Shown: positions 17,815 through 27,955, counted from the first letter of the stretch. The stretch: 64,000 nucleotides of DNA from Terriglobia bacterium (GCA_963666975.2 CAXVYR010000004.1:1088001-1152000); one strand, 5' to 3'. Translations and numbers: made by a program. Notes: generated by a model from the letters alone, not told the origin.

Positions 17815-17957
17815 AAACGTACGGGGATGTTCTGCTCAGCTTCCCTTCAGCGAAAGCTTTGCGACCCGGCTGGCTGCCGTGTACAATACCACCGTCAGGC
17901 GCTCAAAACCGTAAATTCCAGGCTAATTTTCCGGGACCGGCAAGTAGAGGAGGAACA

Positions 17958-18881
17958 ATGAACCTTCAGAAGATTCGCACGACAACTGTTTTCCCAGGGT
18001 ATGCTGCGGCGCTTGTGCTGGCCGTCTGCCTGCTACCGGGCTGCAACCAGCAACCGGCGCAACCGGACGCCGGCATGACGGAGGCCCAGGTCAAAACCGG
18101 GGAGGCGCGCGCCCGTTTGTCGGCCAGCGAAGGCGGCCAGATCGTGCTGCGGGCGATTGAGGCCCACGGCGGTTTGGAGGCGTGGTACAGCGCGCCGACC
18201 AGTTCCTACGCCTGGGAATACTCCAACGTCGGCTCCAACCGGCGGTTCAAGACGTTCCTGGTCGCCGACAACGCCACGCGCCGAATCTACCATGAGATTC
18301 AAACGCTCGGAACGCCCGAGAAGACCGAGCCCTTCCAGGGCAGCTTCGCCTGGGACGGCGAGAACGCATGGATCAGCCCGCCCGACGTCGAAGGAATCAA
18401 CCCCCGGTTCTGGGCCGCCACCGGCTTTTACTTCGAGCAGATGCCGTTCGTCCTCGCCGACCCGGGAATTTCCTATGAAGTGCTGCCCGACGAAGAACTG
18501 GACGGCGTTCCGCACGACATGGTGAAGTGCTCTTTCGGCTCCGGCGTGGGGGACACGCCCGGCGACAACTACACGCTGTACGTCAACAAGGACACCGGCA
18601 TGGTCGGCGCGCTTCGCTACACGGTCACTTACTACGACCGCGAGCGGCCGGGCGGTCCGCGCGCGACGTTGTTTTATTATGAGGACTACGTCGAGGTGGA
18701 CGGGCTGAAGGTCGCGACGCACTTCGATGGATACTGGTTCGAGGACGGCAAGAAAGGCGAGTTCAAGAACGAAGCATGGGCTTCGGATATTTCCTACCGA
18801 AAACCGTTTGACGAATCGCAACTCCAGATGCCGCCGGACGCGCGGATCGAGCCTCCGCCGGGGCAGGCCCAGGGAGACTAA
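17958..18881 (+). CDS. Lipoprotein, LolA-like/DUF6503-like
   Basis: GGAGG RBS, lipobox LPGC, 'AIEAHGGLEAW' and 'MPFVLADPG'. Confidence 0.75.
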   Translation: MNLQKIRTTTVFPGYAAALVLAVCLLPGCNQQPAQPDAGMTEAQVKTGEARARLSASEGGQIVLRAIEAHGGLEAWYSAPTSSYAWEYSNVGSNRRFKTFLVADNATRRIYHEIQTLGTPEKTEPFQGSFAWDGENAWISPPDVEGINPRFWAATGFYFEQMPFVLADPGISYEVLPDEELDGVPHDMVKCSFGSGVGDTPGDNYTLYVNKDTGMVGALRYTVTYYDRERPGGPRATLFYYEDYVEVDGLKVATHFDGYWFEDGKKGEFKNEAWASDISYRKPFDESQLQMPPDARIEPPPGQAQGD

Positions 18882-18889
18882 CTATACTA

Positions 18890-19850
18890 AGTTAAGTAAT
18901 CATGATGAGTCATCGAACCGAGTCTGACACCAGGGGCAGCGTCCCACAAGCCTAATGAGTATGACTGGCAGCCTCTTCCTCACCATCGGCAAGGTCACAC
19001 CAGAAGTTTTTTTTCAGGCGTGCCTGTTCAGAGCGAAGGAACGCATAGGCGAAACTGACCCGGCAAACGTGATGGTGCCAGCCCAGCCACTGACGGCCCT
19101 CGTAATGATCCAGTCCCAGTTCTTGTTTCAATTCGCGGTAATCCAACTCCACCCGCCAGCGAGCCTTGGCGATGCGCACCAGCCGCCTCACCCCCGGAGG
19201 CCGGGCGCCGAGCCAGCCAGTATTTCGTGGGCTCTTTGGACTGCTTTGGCCATTCCACCAGCAGCCATTCCACCACCCGGGCCGGGTGTTGCTGTTTTCG
19301 CCAACCGTGAGCCGCCCAAATGGGGATCATGGCGAAGCGCGAGCGCTGCATGCCTCGGCTTCCTGGACGCCAAGCCACGGTTCGCCAGGCCGAGGCCGGC
19401 AACTGCCCGGCCAGCGCTCGCAGGTTCTGCGGTCGCGGCAGAGTCTCCAGCGGAGGATACTGCCGTGACCGACCTCTCTGCTTCGGGATCGGCAAGGGCC
19501 GATTCGGATCCTCGGTCCAAATCACCGTCGTCGGTTCCACCTGCACTGCGTAGGACAGACGCCGCTCTCGCAGGGCCTGCCGGAAGCCAAAATCGTTGCC
19601 GTAATAGGAATCAGCCACTACCGGCAGGCAGGGCAACCCCCACCCCAGAGCCTGATCGATCCCTTCCAGGGCCAGTTCCGTCTAGCTGCGGTACCTCGTT
19701 CCGAGAGGCAACTTGACCTCCGCTGCCCGCTCGGCGTCTTCCAGCCATTCCTTCGGCAGGTAGAGCCGCCACAGGATCGGACAACCGGCCTCCGAACTGG
19801 ACCAGTGCAGGCTCACCGCTACCTGGCAGTTCGCCACCTTGCACAGCTTC
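18890..19850 (-). mobile_element. IS701-family transposase remnant (5'-truncated, frameshifted)
   Basis: KVANCQVAVSL, VVADSYYG and RWRVELDYRELKQELGLDHYEGRQWLGWHHH spread over several frames. Boundaries are approximate. Confidence 0.85.
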
Positions 19851-20038
19851 GCTTGTGCATTTTTGCTTCAGCGGATTAGGGGTTGGGGAACCTGGGTCGC
19901 ATTGGGGTCACATCGGGGCTTGAAGCGAAGGGGCGGCGGGTATAGGATTTTGGGCGCAAGGAAAATGCAAACCGGACCGCTGTAGGATGGATTACAGGTC
20001 CGCACATTCCAGCGCCGGGCCGGGAAAGGAACCATCCC

Positions 20039-20401
20039 ATGGCTAAACTGATCCAGTCCCCTACGACCATCAAAGCTTGCGGCAATAAGCCGAAGCTCAT
20101 CGAGGAGTTCGTCGGACGTGTGAACTCGGGAACACGGCAAGTAAGCATTGCAAGGATGCGCAGCACCGAAGGTTGGGAGGAGCCTGCGCAGACTCCGGAG
20201 TTCGATGAATATACCGTCGTCCTTTCCGGCACGCTGCGGGTGGAAACCGGCGGGCAAACCTTCGACGTCAAAACCGGCCAGGCGGTCGTTGCTCCGAAAG
20301 GGGAGTGGGTTCGATACAGCACGCCGCTCGAAGGCGGGGCGGAATACGTTGCTGTGTGTGTGCCGGCGTTCAGCCCCGAAATCGTGCATCGCGACGAATA
20401 G
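20039..20401 (+). CDS. Cupin domain protein (EutQ-like)
   Basis: KPKLIEEFVGRVNS, EPAQTPEFDEYTVVLSG and AVCVPAFSP. Confidence 0.85.
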   Translation: MAKLIQSPTTIKACGNKPKLIEEFVGRVNSGTRQVSIARMRSTEGWEEPAQTPEFDEYTVVLSGTLRVETGGQTFDVKTGQAVVAPKGEWVRYSTPLEGGAEYVAVCVPAFSPEIVHRDE

Positions 20402-20583
20402 GAAAACGGAACTGAAACATGTCAATCCGCCCGCCACCCGGAGCAGCTTACCGGATGCTTTCCTGGCTCGGCTGCGGCCGCCCAATCCGTCAATCCTTAA
20501 TCCTTGTTGTTGACCTGCCACTAGCCGATCCAATAGACTTTCGATGCAAGATGTTGAGCGCGTGAATATTCGGGAGCTTTTTT

Positions 20584-21168
20584 ATGCTGAGAATTTTCCT
20601 CTTTGTTCTTTTAGGAGCACAGTTGCCGTTGCTGGGCCCGCTGGACGGCGAAGGGCTGCCTCCGATAGATTTGGATCGCGTTCAAGCGGGCCAAATCGCC
20701 CCGGATTTCCGTCTGATTGACGATCAAGGAGTCGTCCGCCAGCTTTCCCAGTATCGGGGGGTAAAAAACGTTGTGCTGGTCGTTTACCGGGGACATTGGT
20801 GAGGAGCTTGCGCCAATCAGTTGGGACAGCTGAAAGATCTGCTGAACGGGGAGGCTGAATCCTCCACTCAAATTCTCGCGCTGAGCCCGGACAACCCTGA
20901 TGGCGGACCGAAAATGGTGGAGCGCGTCACAAAGGAATCTGGCGCGCCGCCCGGTTTCCCGCTATTGGCGGATGTGGATCACAAGGTGATCGACAGATAT
21001 GGACTGCTCAATCCGGAGCTGTTTCGGGGGAGAACGGTGCCGCACCCGGCCGTGTTCGTTATTGACCGTTCCGGGAAAGTGCGCTGGAGATTCGCCAATA
21101 CGAATGCTCGCATTCGGGCGGAGAATGCAGACATCCTGGAAGCGTTAAAGCAGCTTGAGGAAAAATAA
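20584..21168 (+). CDS. Selenocysteine-containing peroxiredoxin/AhpC-TSA-like redoxin (UxxC), 194 aa
   Basis: In-frame TGA at 20800-20802 joins two track ORFs: APDF...VLVVYRGHW-U-GAC-ANQL...PAVFVIDRSGKVRW. Confidence 0.87.
20817..20833 (+). promoter_or_regulatory. Candidate bacterial SECIS hairpin
   Basis: TCAGTTG-GGA-CAGCTGA stem-loop. The G-initiated loop starts 22 nt after the UGA. Confidence 0.6.
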
Positions 21169-21337
21169 CCTTAAAAGGCCTGCTTCTGTTGCAAGCTGAA
21201 AAGAGGGAGCTGGAAAAAGGGATAAGCTAACGGCGGTAATTTCACTGCTCTCCGATGCGGCCGGACCCGCGATCGAAGTTTCGTTTCGAGCGGCTGGCAA
21301 GCACCGGGAGTGGACATAGCAATTGGGATTAAAAAAA

Positions 21338-22765
21338 ATGGCCAAGAAACCAGTTCAAGTCATGAACACTGCATTCCGGGACGGATTTCAGTCCTGCCTC
21401 GGAGCGCGAGTAATCACAAAGGACTTTCTCCCGGCGGTAGAGGCCGCCAAAGAAGCGGGCATCACCCATTTTGAATTTGGCGGCGGGGCCCGTTTTCAGT
21501 GCCTCTTTTTCTACTGCGGCGAGAGCGCCTTTGACATGATGGATGCCTTCCGCCAGGCCGCGGGTCCCGAGGCAAATCTCCAGACCCTGGGCCGCGGGAT
21601 CAACGTGGTGGCTCTGGACAGCCAGCCCTCCGACGTCATCGAGCTGCACGCCAAACTTTTCCAGAAGCACGGCGCCACGACCATCCGTAATTTCGACGCC
21701 CTGAACGACGTCAACAACCTGGTCTACTCCGGACAGATGATCCGGAAATACGGGCTGAAACATGAAATCTGCATCACGTTGATGGCATTGCCGCCCGGCT
21801 GCAACGGCTCCCATGACACGGCCTTCTACATGAAGACGCTGGATCAAATTCTTGCCGCGGACGTGGAATTCGACTCGCTGTGTTTCAAAGACGCATCGGG
21901 AACAGCGACACCGGCAACGGTCTACGAAACCATCCAGCAGGCGCGCCGGAAGCTCGGCCCGGACATGCACATCCGGATGCATACCCACGAAACCGCCGGC
22001 ACCTCCGTGCTGACCTACAAGGCGGCGCTCGATGCCGGCGTGGATGGAATCGACCTCTCCCTGGCGCCCATGTCCGGCGGCACCTGCCAGCCGGATATCG
22101 TCACCATGTGGCACGCTCTGCGCGGCACCGACTACGACCTCGGGTTCGACATCGACAAGGTGCTTGAGGTGGAGAAGGTCTTCAAGGACTGTATGAACAA
22201 GTATCATCTTTTGCCGGAAGACCGCTTGGTCGAGCCGTTGATTCCGTGGGCTCCCATGCCGGGCGGCGCTCTCACCACCAACACGCAGATGCTGCGGGAC
22301 CTCGGCATTCTCGACAAGTATCCCAAAATCTTTGCGAAGATGGGGGAATGCGTCCGTCGCGGCGGTTTCGGCACCTCCGTCACGCCGGTCTCCCAGTTCT
22401 ACTTTCAGCAAGCCTTCAACAACTTCATGTTCGGCGACTGGAAGAGAATTGCTGAAGGGTACGGCAAGATGGTGCTCGGTTACTTCGGCAGAACCCCGGT
22501 TGCCCCGGACCCGGAAATCGTGAAAATCGCAAGCGATCAACTCCATCTGGAACCGACCACGGAGGACCCGCGAGCGATCAACGACCGGAACCCGGCCAAA
22601 GGCGCCGAAGCCGCCAAAAAGAAACTGGCCGAAGCCGGCATAAGCGAATTGTCCGAGGAGAACATCTTCATCGCCGCCACCTGCAAGGAAAAGGGTATCC
22701 AGTTTCTAAAAGGCGAAGCCACGGTCAACGTACCCTACAAGAAAAAAGAAGAGACGAAGAAGTAA
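21338..22765 (+). CDS. Pyruvate/oxaloacetate carboxyltransferase (OadA/PycB-like) lacking the biotinyl domain
   Basis: TAFRDGFQS, RNFDALND, CFKDASG, MHTHETAG, MPGGA and SVTPVSQ. The ORF ends at ~475 aa with no EAMKM motif. Confidence 0.88.
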   Translation: MAKKPVQVMNTAFRDGFQSCLGARVITKDFLPAVEAAKEAGITHFEFGGGARFQCLFFYCGESAFDMMDAFRQAAGPEANLQTLGRGINVVALDSQPSDVIELHAKLFQKHGATTIRNFDALNDVNNLVYSGQMIRKYGLKHEICITLMALPPGCNGSHDTAFYMKTLDQILAADVEFDSLCFKDASGTATPATVYETIQQARRKLGPDMHIRMHTHETAGTSVLTYKAALDAGVDGIDLSLAPMSGGTCQPDIVTMWHALRGTDYDLGFDIDKVLEVEKVFKDCMNKYHLLPEDRLVEPLIPWAPMPGGALTTNTQMLRDLGILDKYPKIFAKMGECVRRGGFGTSVTPVSQFYFQQAFNNFMFGDWKRIAEGYGKMVLGYFGRTPVAPDPEIVKIASDQLHLEPTTEDPRAINDRNPAKGAEAAKKKLAEAGISELSEENIFIAATCKEKGIQFLKGEATVNVPYKKKEETKK

Positions 22766-23011
22766 GCAAGCTAAAAGTAGCCTGATTTCACAAACAAATT
22801 TCTAACATTTTGAGGGTTGCTTTCTTGCCCGGCAATTGTGTGCAAGGCATTGATTACACGGCTGTTGACCTCCTGGAGAGATTGCAGTAGGATCGTGTCC
22901 AGTTAAGCGGGGATAGTGGGTCGTTCAAACAATGGGTGATTCCAGTAATGGATGGACAGGGCGGGATGTGGTTCCGCAGCATTTCCAAACCGTTGGATTG
23001 GGGCAAACACT

Positions 23012-24940
23012 ATGAAAAAAACCGAGAAACAGGCCAAGAAAAAATCGATGGGGCGACGCAACTTCATGAAGGTGGCCGCCGGAGGCGCGGCGGCATTGGT
23101 TGCCACCGCTAAGGCGGCGAGCGCACAACAATCCACGGCTGCCGCGACTGCCGGGTCCGGCGCCGCGGCGGAGGGAGTGGAGGTCTTGACCGGAGAGCGT
23201 CCGGGCGCGGACTTCATGGTCGATGTCCTCAAGTCGCTGGATATCGAGTACATCACTTCTAATCCCGGCTCCAGCTTCCGCGGGCTTCAAGAATCGATCG
23301 TCAACTACGGCGGGAACCGGAATCCGGAGTTTCTGACCTGCTGCCATGAAGAGTCCTCAGTCGCCATGGCGCACGGCTACTTCAAGATAGAAGGCAAACC
23401 GATGGGAGTGCTGGCGCACGGGACGGTGGGGCTGCAGCACGCCTCGATGGCGATCTACAATGCGTTTGGCGACCGAGTGCCGGTTTACTTGATTCTGGGG
23501 AACTCGTTCGATGCGACGCAGCGGCGACCGGGACCGGAATGGGCGCACAGCGTGCAGGACGCAGCGGCGATGGTGCGCGACTATACGAAGTGGGATGACA
23601 TGCCGGTCTCGCTGCCGCACTTTGCCGAGTCGGCGGTGCGGGCGTATAAGATAGCGATGACGCCGCCGATGCTGCCGGTGGTGCTGGTAGCCGACAGCGA
23701 ATTGCAGGAAAAACCGATTGCGAAAGGAACCAAGCTGCGCATCCCGAAGCTGACGCTGACGTCGCCGCCGCAAGGCGACTCGGGGGCGGTGAACGAAGCA
23801 GCGCGGCTGCTGGTGGAGGCGGAAAATCCTGTTCTGATTGCCGACCGCGTCGCGCGCACCGAAGCCGGCAAGAAGTATTTCACCGAGCTAGCCGAGTTCC
23901 TTCAAGCCTCGGTCATCGACCGGGCCGGGCGGATGAACTTTCCAACGCGGCACCCACTCAACCAGTCCGAGGGCAGCAGCGCGTTCCTGGCCAATGCGGA
24001 CGTTATCTTGGGCCTGGAGCTGGGGGATTATTGGGGCAACATCAATGCCATGCGCGATCAACTGCACCGCTCATCGCGGTCTCGTACCAAGCCTGGCGTG
24101 AAGCTCATCAGCATTACAGCCCAAGACTTGTTTAGCCGGAGCAACTATCAGGACTTCCAACGCTATCCGGAAGTTGACATGGCGCTGGCAGCCGACGCAG
24201 AGGCCACGCTGCCGTCTTTGATTGAGGCCGTCAAGCGTTTGGCCAATGGCGACCGGAAGAGGGCGTTCCAGAATCGCGGGGCCAAGCTGGCAAAGGCGCA
24301 CGAGCGGTCCCAAGAGCGGTTACGGACCAACGCGACCTACGGATGGAACGCGAGTCCGGTCAGCACCGCGCGTGTCGCCGCCGAAGTTTGGGCGCAGATC
24401 AAAAATAAGGACTGGTCGCTGGTCTCCGCCTCCCGCTCGATGAGCGGATGGGCGCGGCGGCTGTGGTCGTTTGAAAAGTATTATCAATGCATCGGCGGCT
24501 CCGGGGCGGCCGGCGTGGGCTACGGCTCTCCCGCTGCGGTGGGGGCGGCGCTGGCGAACCGGAAACACGGGCGGCTGTCGGTCAACTTCCAGAACGACGG
24601 CGACCTGATGTACGCTCCGGGCGTTCTATGGACTGCCGCGCATCACCGCATCCCGCTCCTGAACATCATGCACAACAACCGTGCATATCATCAGGAGGTC
24701 ATGCACCTCCAGCGCATGGCGAACCGGTACAACCGCGGCATTAGCGACAAAAGTGTCAATATCGGCACGACGATTGACAACCCCAACATCGACTACGCCC
24801 AGCTCGCGCAGAGCATGGGCTGGTATGCCGAGGGGCCGATTTCAGACCCCAAAGACCTGGGTCCGGCCATTCGCCGCGCGATCGCCGTGGTCGAGCGAGG
24901 CGAGCCGGCTCTGCTCGACGTTGTCACGCAGCCTCGCTAA
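23012..24940 (+). CDS. Thiamine-diphosphate-dependent enzyme (ALS/POX/BFD superfamily) with Tat-type signal
   Basis: GRRNFMKVAAGGAAAL..ASA, NPGS, CCHEESSVAMAHGY and NDGD-x24-NN. Confidence 0.88.
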   Translation: MKKTEKQAKKKSMGRRNFMKVAAGGAAALVATAKAASAQQSTAAATAGSGAAAEGVEVLTGERPGADFMVDVLKSLDIEYITSNPGSSFRGLQESIVNYGGNRNPEFLTCCHEESSVAMAHGYFKIEGKPMGVLAHGTVGLQHASMAIYNAFGDRVPVYLILGNSFDATQRRPGPEWAHSVQDAAAMVRDYTKWDDMPVSLPHFAESAVRAYKIAMTPPMLPVVLVADSELQEKPIAKGTKLRIPKLTLTSPPQGDSGAVNEAARLLVEAENPVLIADRVARTEAGKKYFTELAEFLQASVIDRAGRMNFPTRHPLNQSEGSSAFLANADVILGLELGDYWGNINAMRDQLHRSSRSRTKPGVKLISITAQDLFSRSNYQDFQRYPEVDMALAADAEATLPSLIEAVKRLANGDRKRAFQNRGAKLAKAHERSQERLRTNATYGWNASPVSTARVAAEVWAQIKNKDWSLVSASRSMSGWARRLWSFEKYYQCIGGSGAAGVGYGSPAAVGAALANRKHGRLSVNFQNDGDLMYAPGVLWTAAHHRIPLLNIMHNNRAYHQEVMHLQRMANRYNRGISDKSVNIGTTIDNPNIDYAQLAQSMGWYAEGPISDPKDLGPAIRRAIAVVERGEPALLDVVTQPR

Positions 24941-24963
24941 GAGAGGACGCTAAGGAGGAAATT

Positions 24964-25368
24964 ATGAACCGGCCTGTTGCAATCCGCTGTGCAGGAAGTG
25001 TTGCTGCCCTGATGGTGGTGGCTTGCATGATGCTCGCGAGCCCGGAGGCAGGAGCCCAGTCTTCGGGCTCGGCTTCGAAAACGAACGCCGCTCCGGCGGG
25101 GAACGCCGAAAACGGGAAGCGGATATACACCAGCTACGGCTGCTATCAGTGCCACGGCCGTGTAGGACAGGGGGGGGCCGCACCACGGCTGGGCCCGAAC
25201 CCGATTTCGTTTACAGCCTTTGTCCGCTACATCCGCCATCCGAGGGGCCAGATGCCGCCCTACACGGACAAGGTGGTATCGGACTCGGAGCTGGCAGACA
25301 TCCACGCCTTTCTGCGAACGTTGCCGCAGCCGCCGGCGGTGAAAGACATTCCTTTGCTGAACGACTAA
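24964..25368 (+). CDS. Monoheme cytochrome c
   Basis: Signal peptide, CYQCH and distal GQMPPY. Strong AAGGAGG RBS 23 nt after the ThDP gene. Confidence 0.92.
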   Translation: MNRPVAIRCAGSVAALMVVACMMLASPEAGAQSSGSASKTNAAPAGNAENGKRIYTSYGCYQCHGRVGQGGAAPRLGPNPISFTAFVRYIRHPRGQMPPYTDKVVSDSELADIHAFLRTLPQPPAVKDIPLLND

Positions 25369-25412
25369 CAGGCCAAGCAAGAGCAGATCCATCTGACCAG
25401 TTCCCGCGGGAC

Positions 25413-25699
25413 TAGACCAATTTCAGAGTTGGTGTAGAGTGCTTCACAGCCCTGCAAGGGCGGCAGAATCTAGCCCAGGGCATAATAAGCCCTGGACAAC
25501 GGGGACCTGTATTACCCCAAGCCCCAGAGGGGCGAAAGACGCTCCGGCCCTCTTCTTTCACCCCTTCTGGCGCCCCTTCCGGGGCTGATCCGGCGTGGCC
25601 TTTCCCACCCACGGCTGGCGCCGTGGGCTAAACTCTTGCGCCCCTCTGGGGCTTCACGAGCGTTCTGGAAAGCTATACAGCAGCTATGAATTTGCTCTA
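25413..25699. mobile_element. MITE-like element filled with REP-type palindromes
   Basis: Terminal IRs TAGACCAATTTCA / TGAATTTGCTCTA, with internal GCCCC-N4-GGGGC hairpins. The first ~150 bp are shared with 31111-31298. Confidence 0.75.
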
Positions 25700-25864
25700 A
25701 TAGCCTGAACCCGGAAAAAGCAATATCAACGAATTCAATCCAAGATTTTCTATTCGACGCCCTTCTTGGCACAAAAGAGTACGCTAGCTACCCTGTCAAT
25801 TCAACCTCGGATCACTTCACCTCACCATGGCACCTTTGAGGCTGGCTTGCGGTTTGCAGTTTGA

Positions 25865-26374
25865 TCAATCCGGTGAGTCATCTTGTTGTTTATCCTCCTC
25901 GGATTTGCCCGGCACAGCCTGATAGAAGCCGTTGACCTGCAATAGCTGGATGGGGGTATCGAAAAGCCGGGTAAGACTCTCGGGGGTGAGAACAGCAGCC
26001 TTCTCGCCGTCGGAAACCACCTTTCCATTTTTCAGCAGCACTACGCGGGAGATCTCCGGCGGGATCTCGTGAATATGCTGGGTGACGAGGATGACGGTCT
26101 TTCCTGCCTGCATCAGCCCGCGAACAATGCCGAGATGCGAGCGCAGCTCCCACACGTTCCAGCGTTTCTGTCCGAACAACTGCACAGAGCTGCCGTCGCG
26201 CGCTACAGGGTAGAGTTCGCAGGACAGCAGCTTCAGCAGCGTGGATTTGCCGGCGCCGTTGGGGCCGAGGATGGCGGTATTGCAGCCCCGCGTTATCTCG
26301 AGCGAGAGGTTATGGAATACTTTTGTCTCCCCGCGATACACCGTGGCGTTGTTGATCTCGATCATTTTCTGCAT
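25865..26374 (-). pseudogene. ABC ATPase (ModF-like) with in-frame internal deletion
   Basis: Walker A GPNGAGKST and the H-loop (LVTQH) are present. Q-loop, LSGG signature and Walker B are absent (junction ...HLGIV|RGLMQAG...). Confidence 0.8.
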
Positions 26375-26471
26375 GCGGAGTTCGCCGGATTCCTGCGACA
26401 ACAAACCAAGAGGTGACGCCGAACGCCCAGTAATCCAGCCTCGCCGCCCAGGAGGCGCGAGTTGCACCTTC

Positions 26472-26786
26472 TTAGAGCTTCAGCTCGTCGAAAACTTTCT
26501 TGGCGACTTGGACAGCATTGGCTGCCGTGGGCCACCCTCCATAGAAGGCCATGTGAGTGATGACCTCGCAGATCTCCTCTTTCGTTACCCCGTTCTCTAC
26601 CGCCCGGCGGATGTGGACTTGGAGTTGATCGGTCCGGTAGAGAGCAGTCAGTGCGGCTACAGTGATCAGGCTCCGGTCGCGCTTGGACAAACCAGGGCGT
26701 TCCCAAACGTCTCCGTAGAGCACCTTTGTGGTGAGGTCTGCCAGGTGGGGTGTGATTTCCTGCATGACGGGTAGCGCTCGACTCAT
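26472..26786 (-). CDS. Carboxymuconolactone decarboxylase family protein
   Basis: YGDVWERPGLSKRDRSLITVAAL...HIRRAVENGVT..EI...HMAFYGGWP. Confidence 0.92.
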   Translation of the reverse strand: MSRALPVMQEITPHLADLTTKVLYGDVWERPGLSKRDRSLITVAALTALYRTDQLQVHIRRAVENGVTKEEICEVITHMAFYGGWPTAANAVQVAKKVFDELKL

Positions 26787-27016
26787 TTTAACTCCTTACG
26801 ATGTATGGCAGAGCGGGGCCATGCGGCCCCGTGAATGATCTCCGCCAGGATAGAAGTGCTGATGATGGAAGCTGCGGTAGATTACACGATGCGCCAGGGC
26901 AAATCAAATGCCGGCCAGATACATGCCGGCAAGATGCAAGACAAGATACAAGCAGTGTGGTTGCGCAGCCTGCTTTACGGGGCGGGCTGGGCGGTTTTCT
27001 CCGCGAGCGGAACCGG

Positions 27017-27364
27017 TTAGGAGGCGCCCCAATCTTCCGGAGGGGAAAGAACTCCCCAAATGTTTTCCGCGCGCTCCATCTCCACTCCGATCTGGTAAAT
27101 GCCTCCAGCGTGGGGCCCGCCGCTGATCCAGGCCACCCTGCATCGCTGCTGCCGCTCCGTGCGCGGAACTTTGACGACGACTTCGGACCCTAAAGAAAAC
27201 TGGTGCTGCACGGAAATACAAGCCCCGTGCTTATTCACCAGGTTGGAGGTTGTTTTCTCATGAACTTCCTGCCCGCCGGCATCGAGACCGGAAACTTCAA
27301 CAGGGATGGAACACGCTACCCGCGTGCTGCGCCGTAAGTCCTTTAAGGTTGGGTTTTCCCCCAT
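27017..27364 (-). CDS. PilZ-domain protein
   Basis: RRSTRV (RxxxR) and NKHGACI (degenerate D/NxSxxG), ending in IGVEM...NIWG. Confidence 0.7.
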   Translation of the reverse strand: MGENPTLKDLRRSTRVACSIPVEVSGLDAGGQEVHEKTTSNLVNKHGACISVQHQFSLGSEVVVKVPRTERQQRCRVAWISGGPHAGGIYQIGVEMERAENIWGVLSPPEDWGAS

Positions 27365-27412
27365 AGTTGCTTTCCATATTAACTTTCTATAGTTAGTTTC
27401 TATAGTTACTTT
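27361..27412. repeat. 4 x 13-bp tandem repeat overlapping the PilZ start codon
   Basis: CCATAGTTGCTTT / CCATATTAACTTT / CTATAGTTAGTTT / CTATAGTTACTTT. Confidence 0.7.
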
Positions 27413-27569
27413 ACCGAATAGCTGCTCCAACCCAACAGATCGATTCTACAGGTCCCTGATGAATAATTCCAAGCTGCGTAATGCTAGCGCGAATTTCCGA
27501 TTGAAGCTTCCCCGTTGCCAAAACCCATATGCCGTCCGGTGTGACGTGGCAACTTGCTGGAGACGCCTC

Positions 27570-27670
27570 GCCTGTCCTCCCACAATAGTCAACAAAGGGT
27601 TGATCTCCACGATCTCGTCTTCCGGGACGGTCAGGTAGCCCTGGTCCAAAACCACCATGTCCGCTTCCAA
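27570..27670 (-). pseudogene. C-terminal remnant of an Amidohydro_3-type gene
   Basis: ADMVVLDQGYLTVPEDEIVEINPLLTIVGGQ resembles the C-termini of the 39-47 kb paralogs. Confidence 0.7.
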
Positions 27671-27685
27671 CCCAGCTGCCTGCCC

Positions 27686-27820
27686 CGAGCCTTGTCCCGC
27701 CTGCCCTGAGCGGAGTCGAAGGGAGCGAAGCCGAGGGAGAAACCGAGGGATCAACAAGCGGGTCCGCAGATTGCACAGATTACGCAGAACGGTATCTGTG
27801 AAATCTGCGAAATCTGCGGA
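27686..27820. repeat. Nested REP-like repeats plus a CGCAGAT/ATCTGCG palindrome
   Basis: The outer unit is the reverse complement of 13011-13050. The inner GCCTGCCCTGAGCGGAGTCGAAGGG is related to 31261-31282. Confidence 0.7.
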
Positions 27821-27839
27821 TGATGTCGCGGCTCGGATT

Positions 27840-27955
27840 ACTGTGTCGGCACGCGCCGCTTCAGTTCTTCAAACCAGTTCAGCACGACGTTGATTTGCAT
27901 CGCTGCCTCCTTGCTTTCCTGAATCATAAGGAACCGCCGGCCAGCGGGCGAAAGC
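27840..27955 (-). pseudogene. C-terminal remnant of a Ser/Thr kinase-TolB/PD40 gene
   Basis: LSPAGRRFLMIQESKEAAMQINVVLNWFEELKRRVPT. Confidence 0.7.

Noticed and set aside
19890-19950. GGGTCGCA/GGGTCACA repeats and GGGTATAG as another cassette arm
   Set aside because: The similarity to A is too short, and no B arm or core was found nearby.
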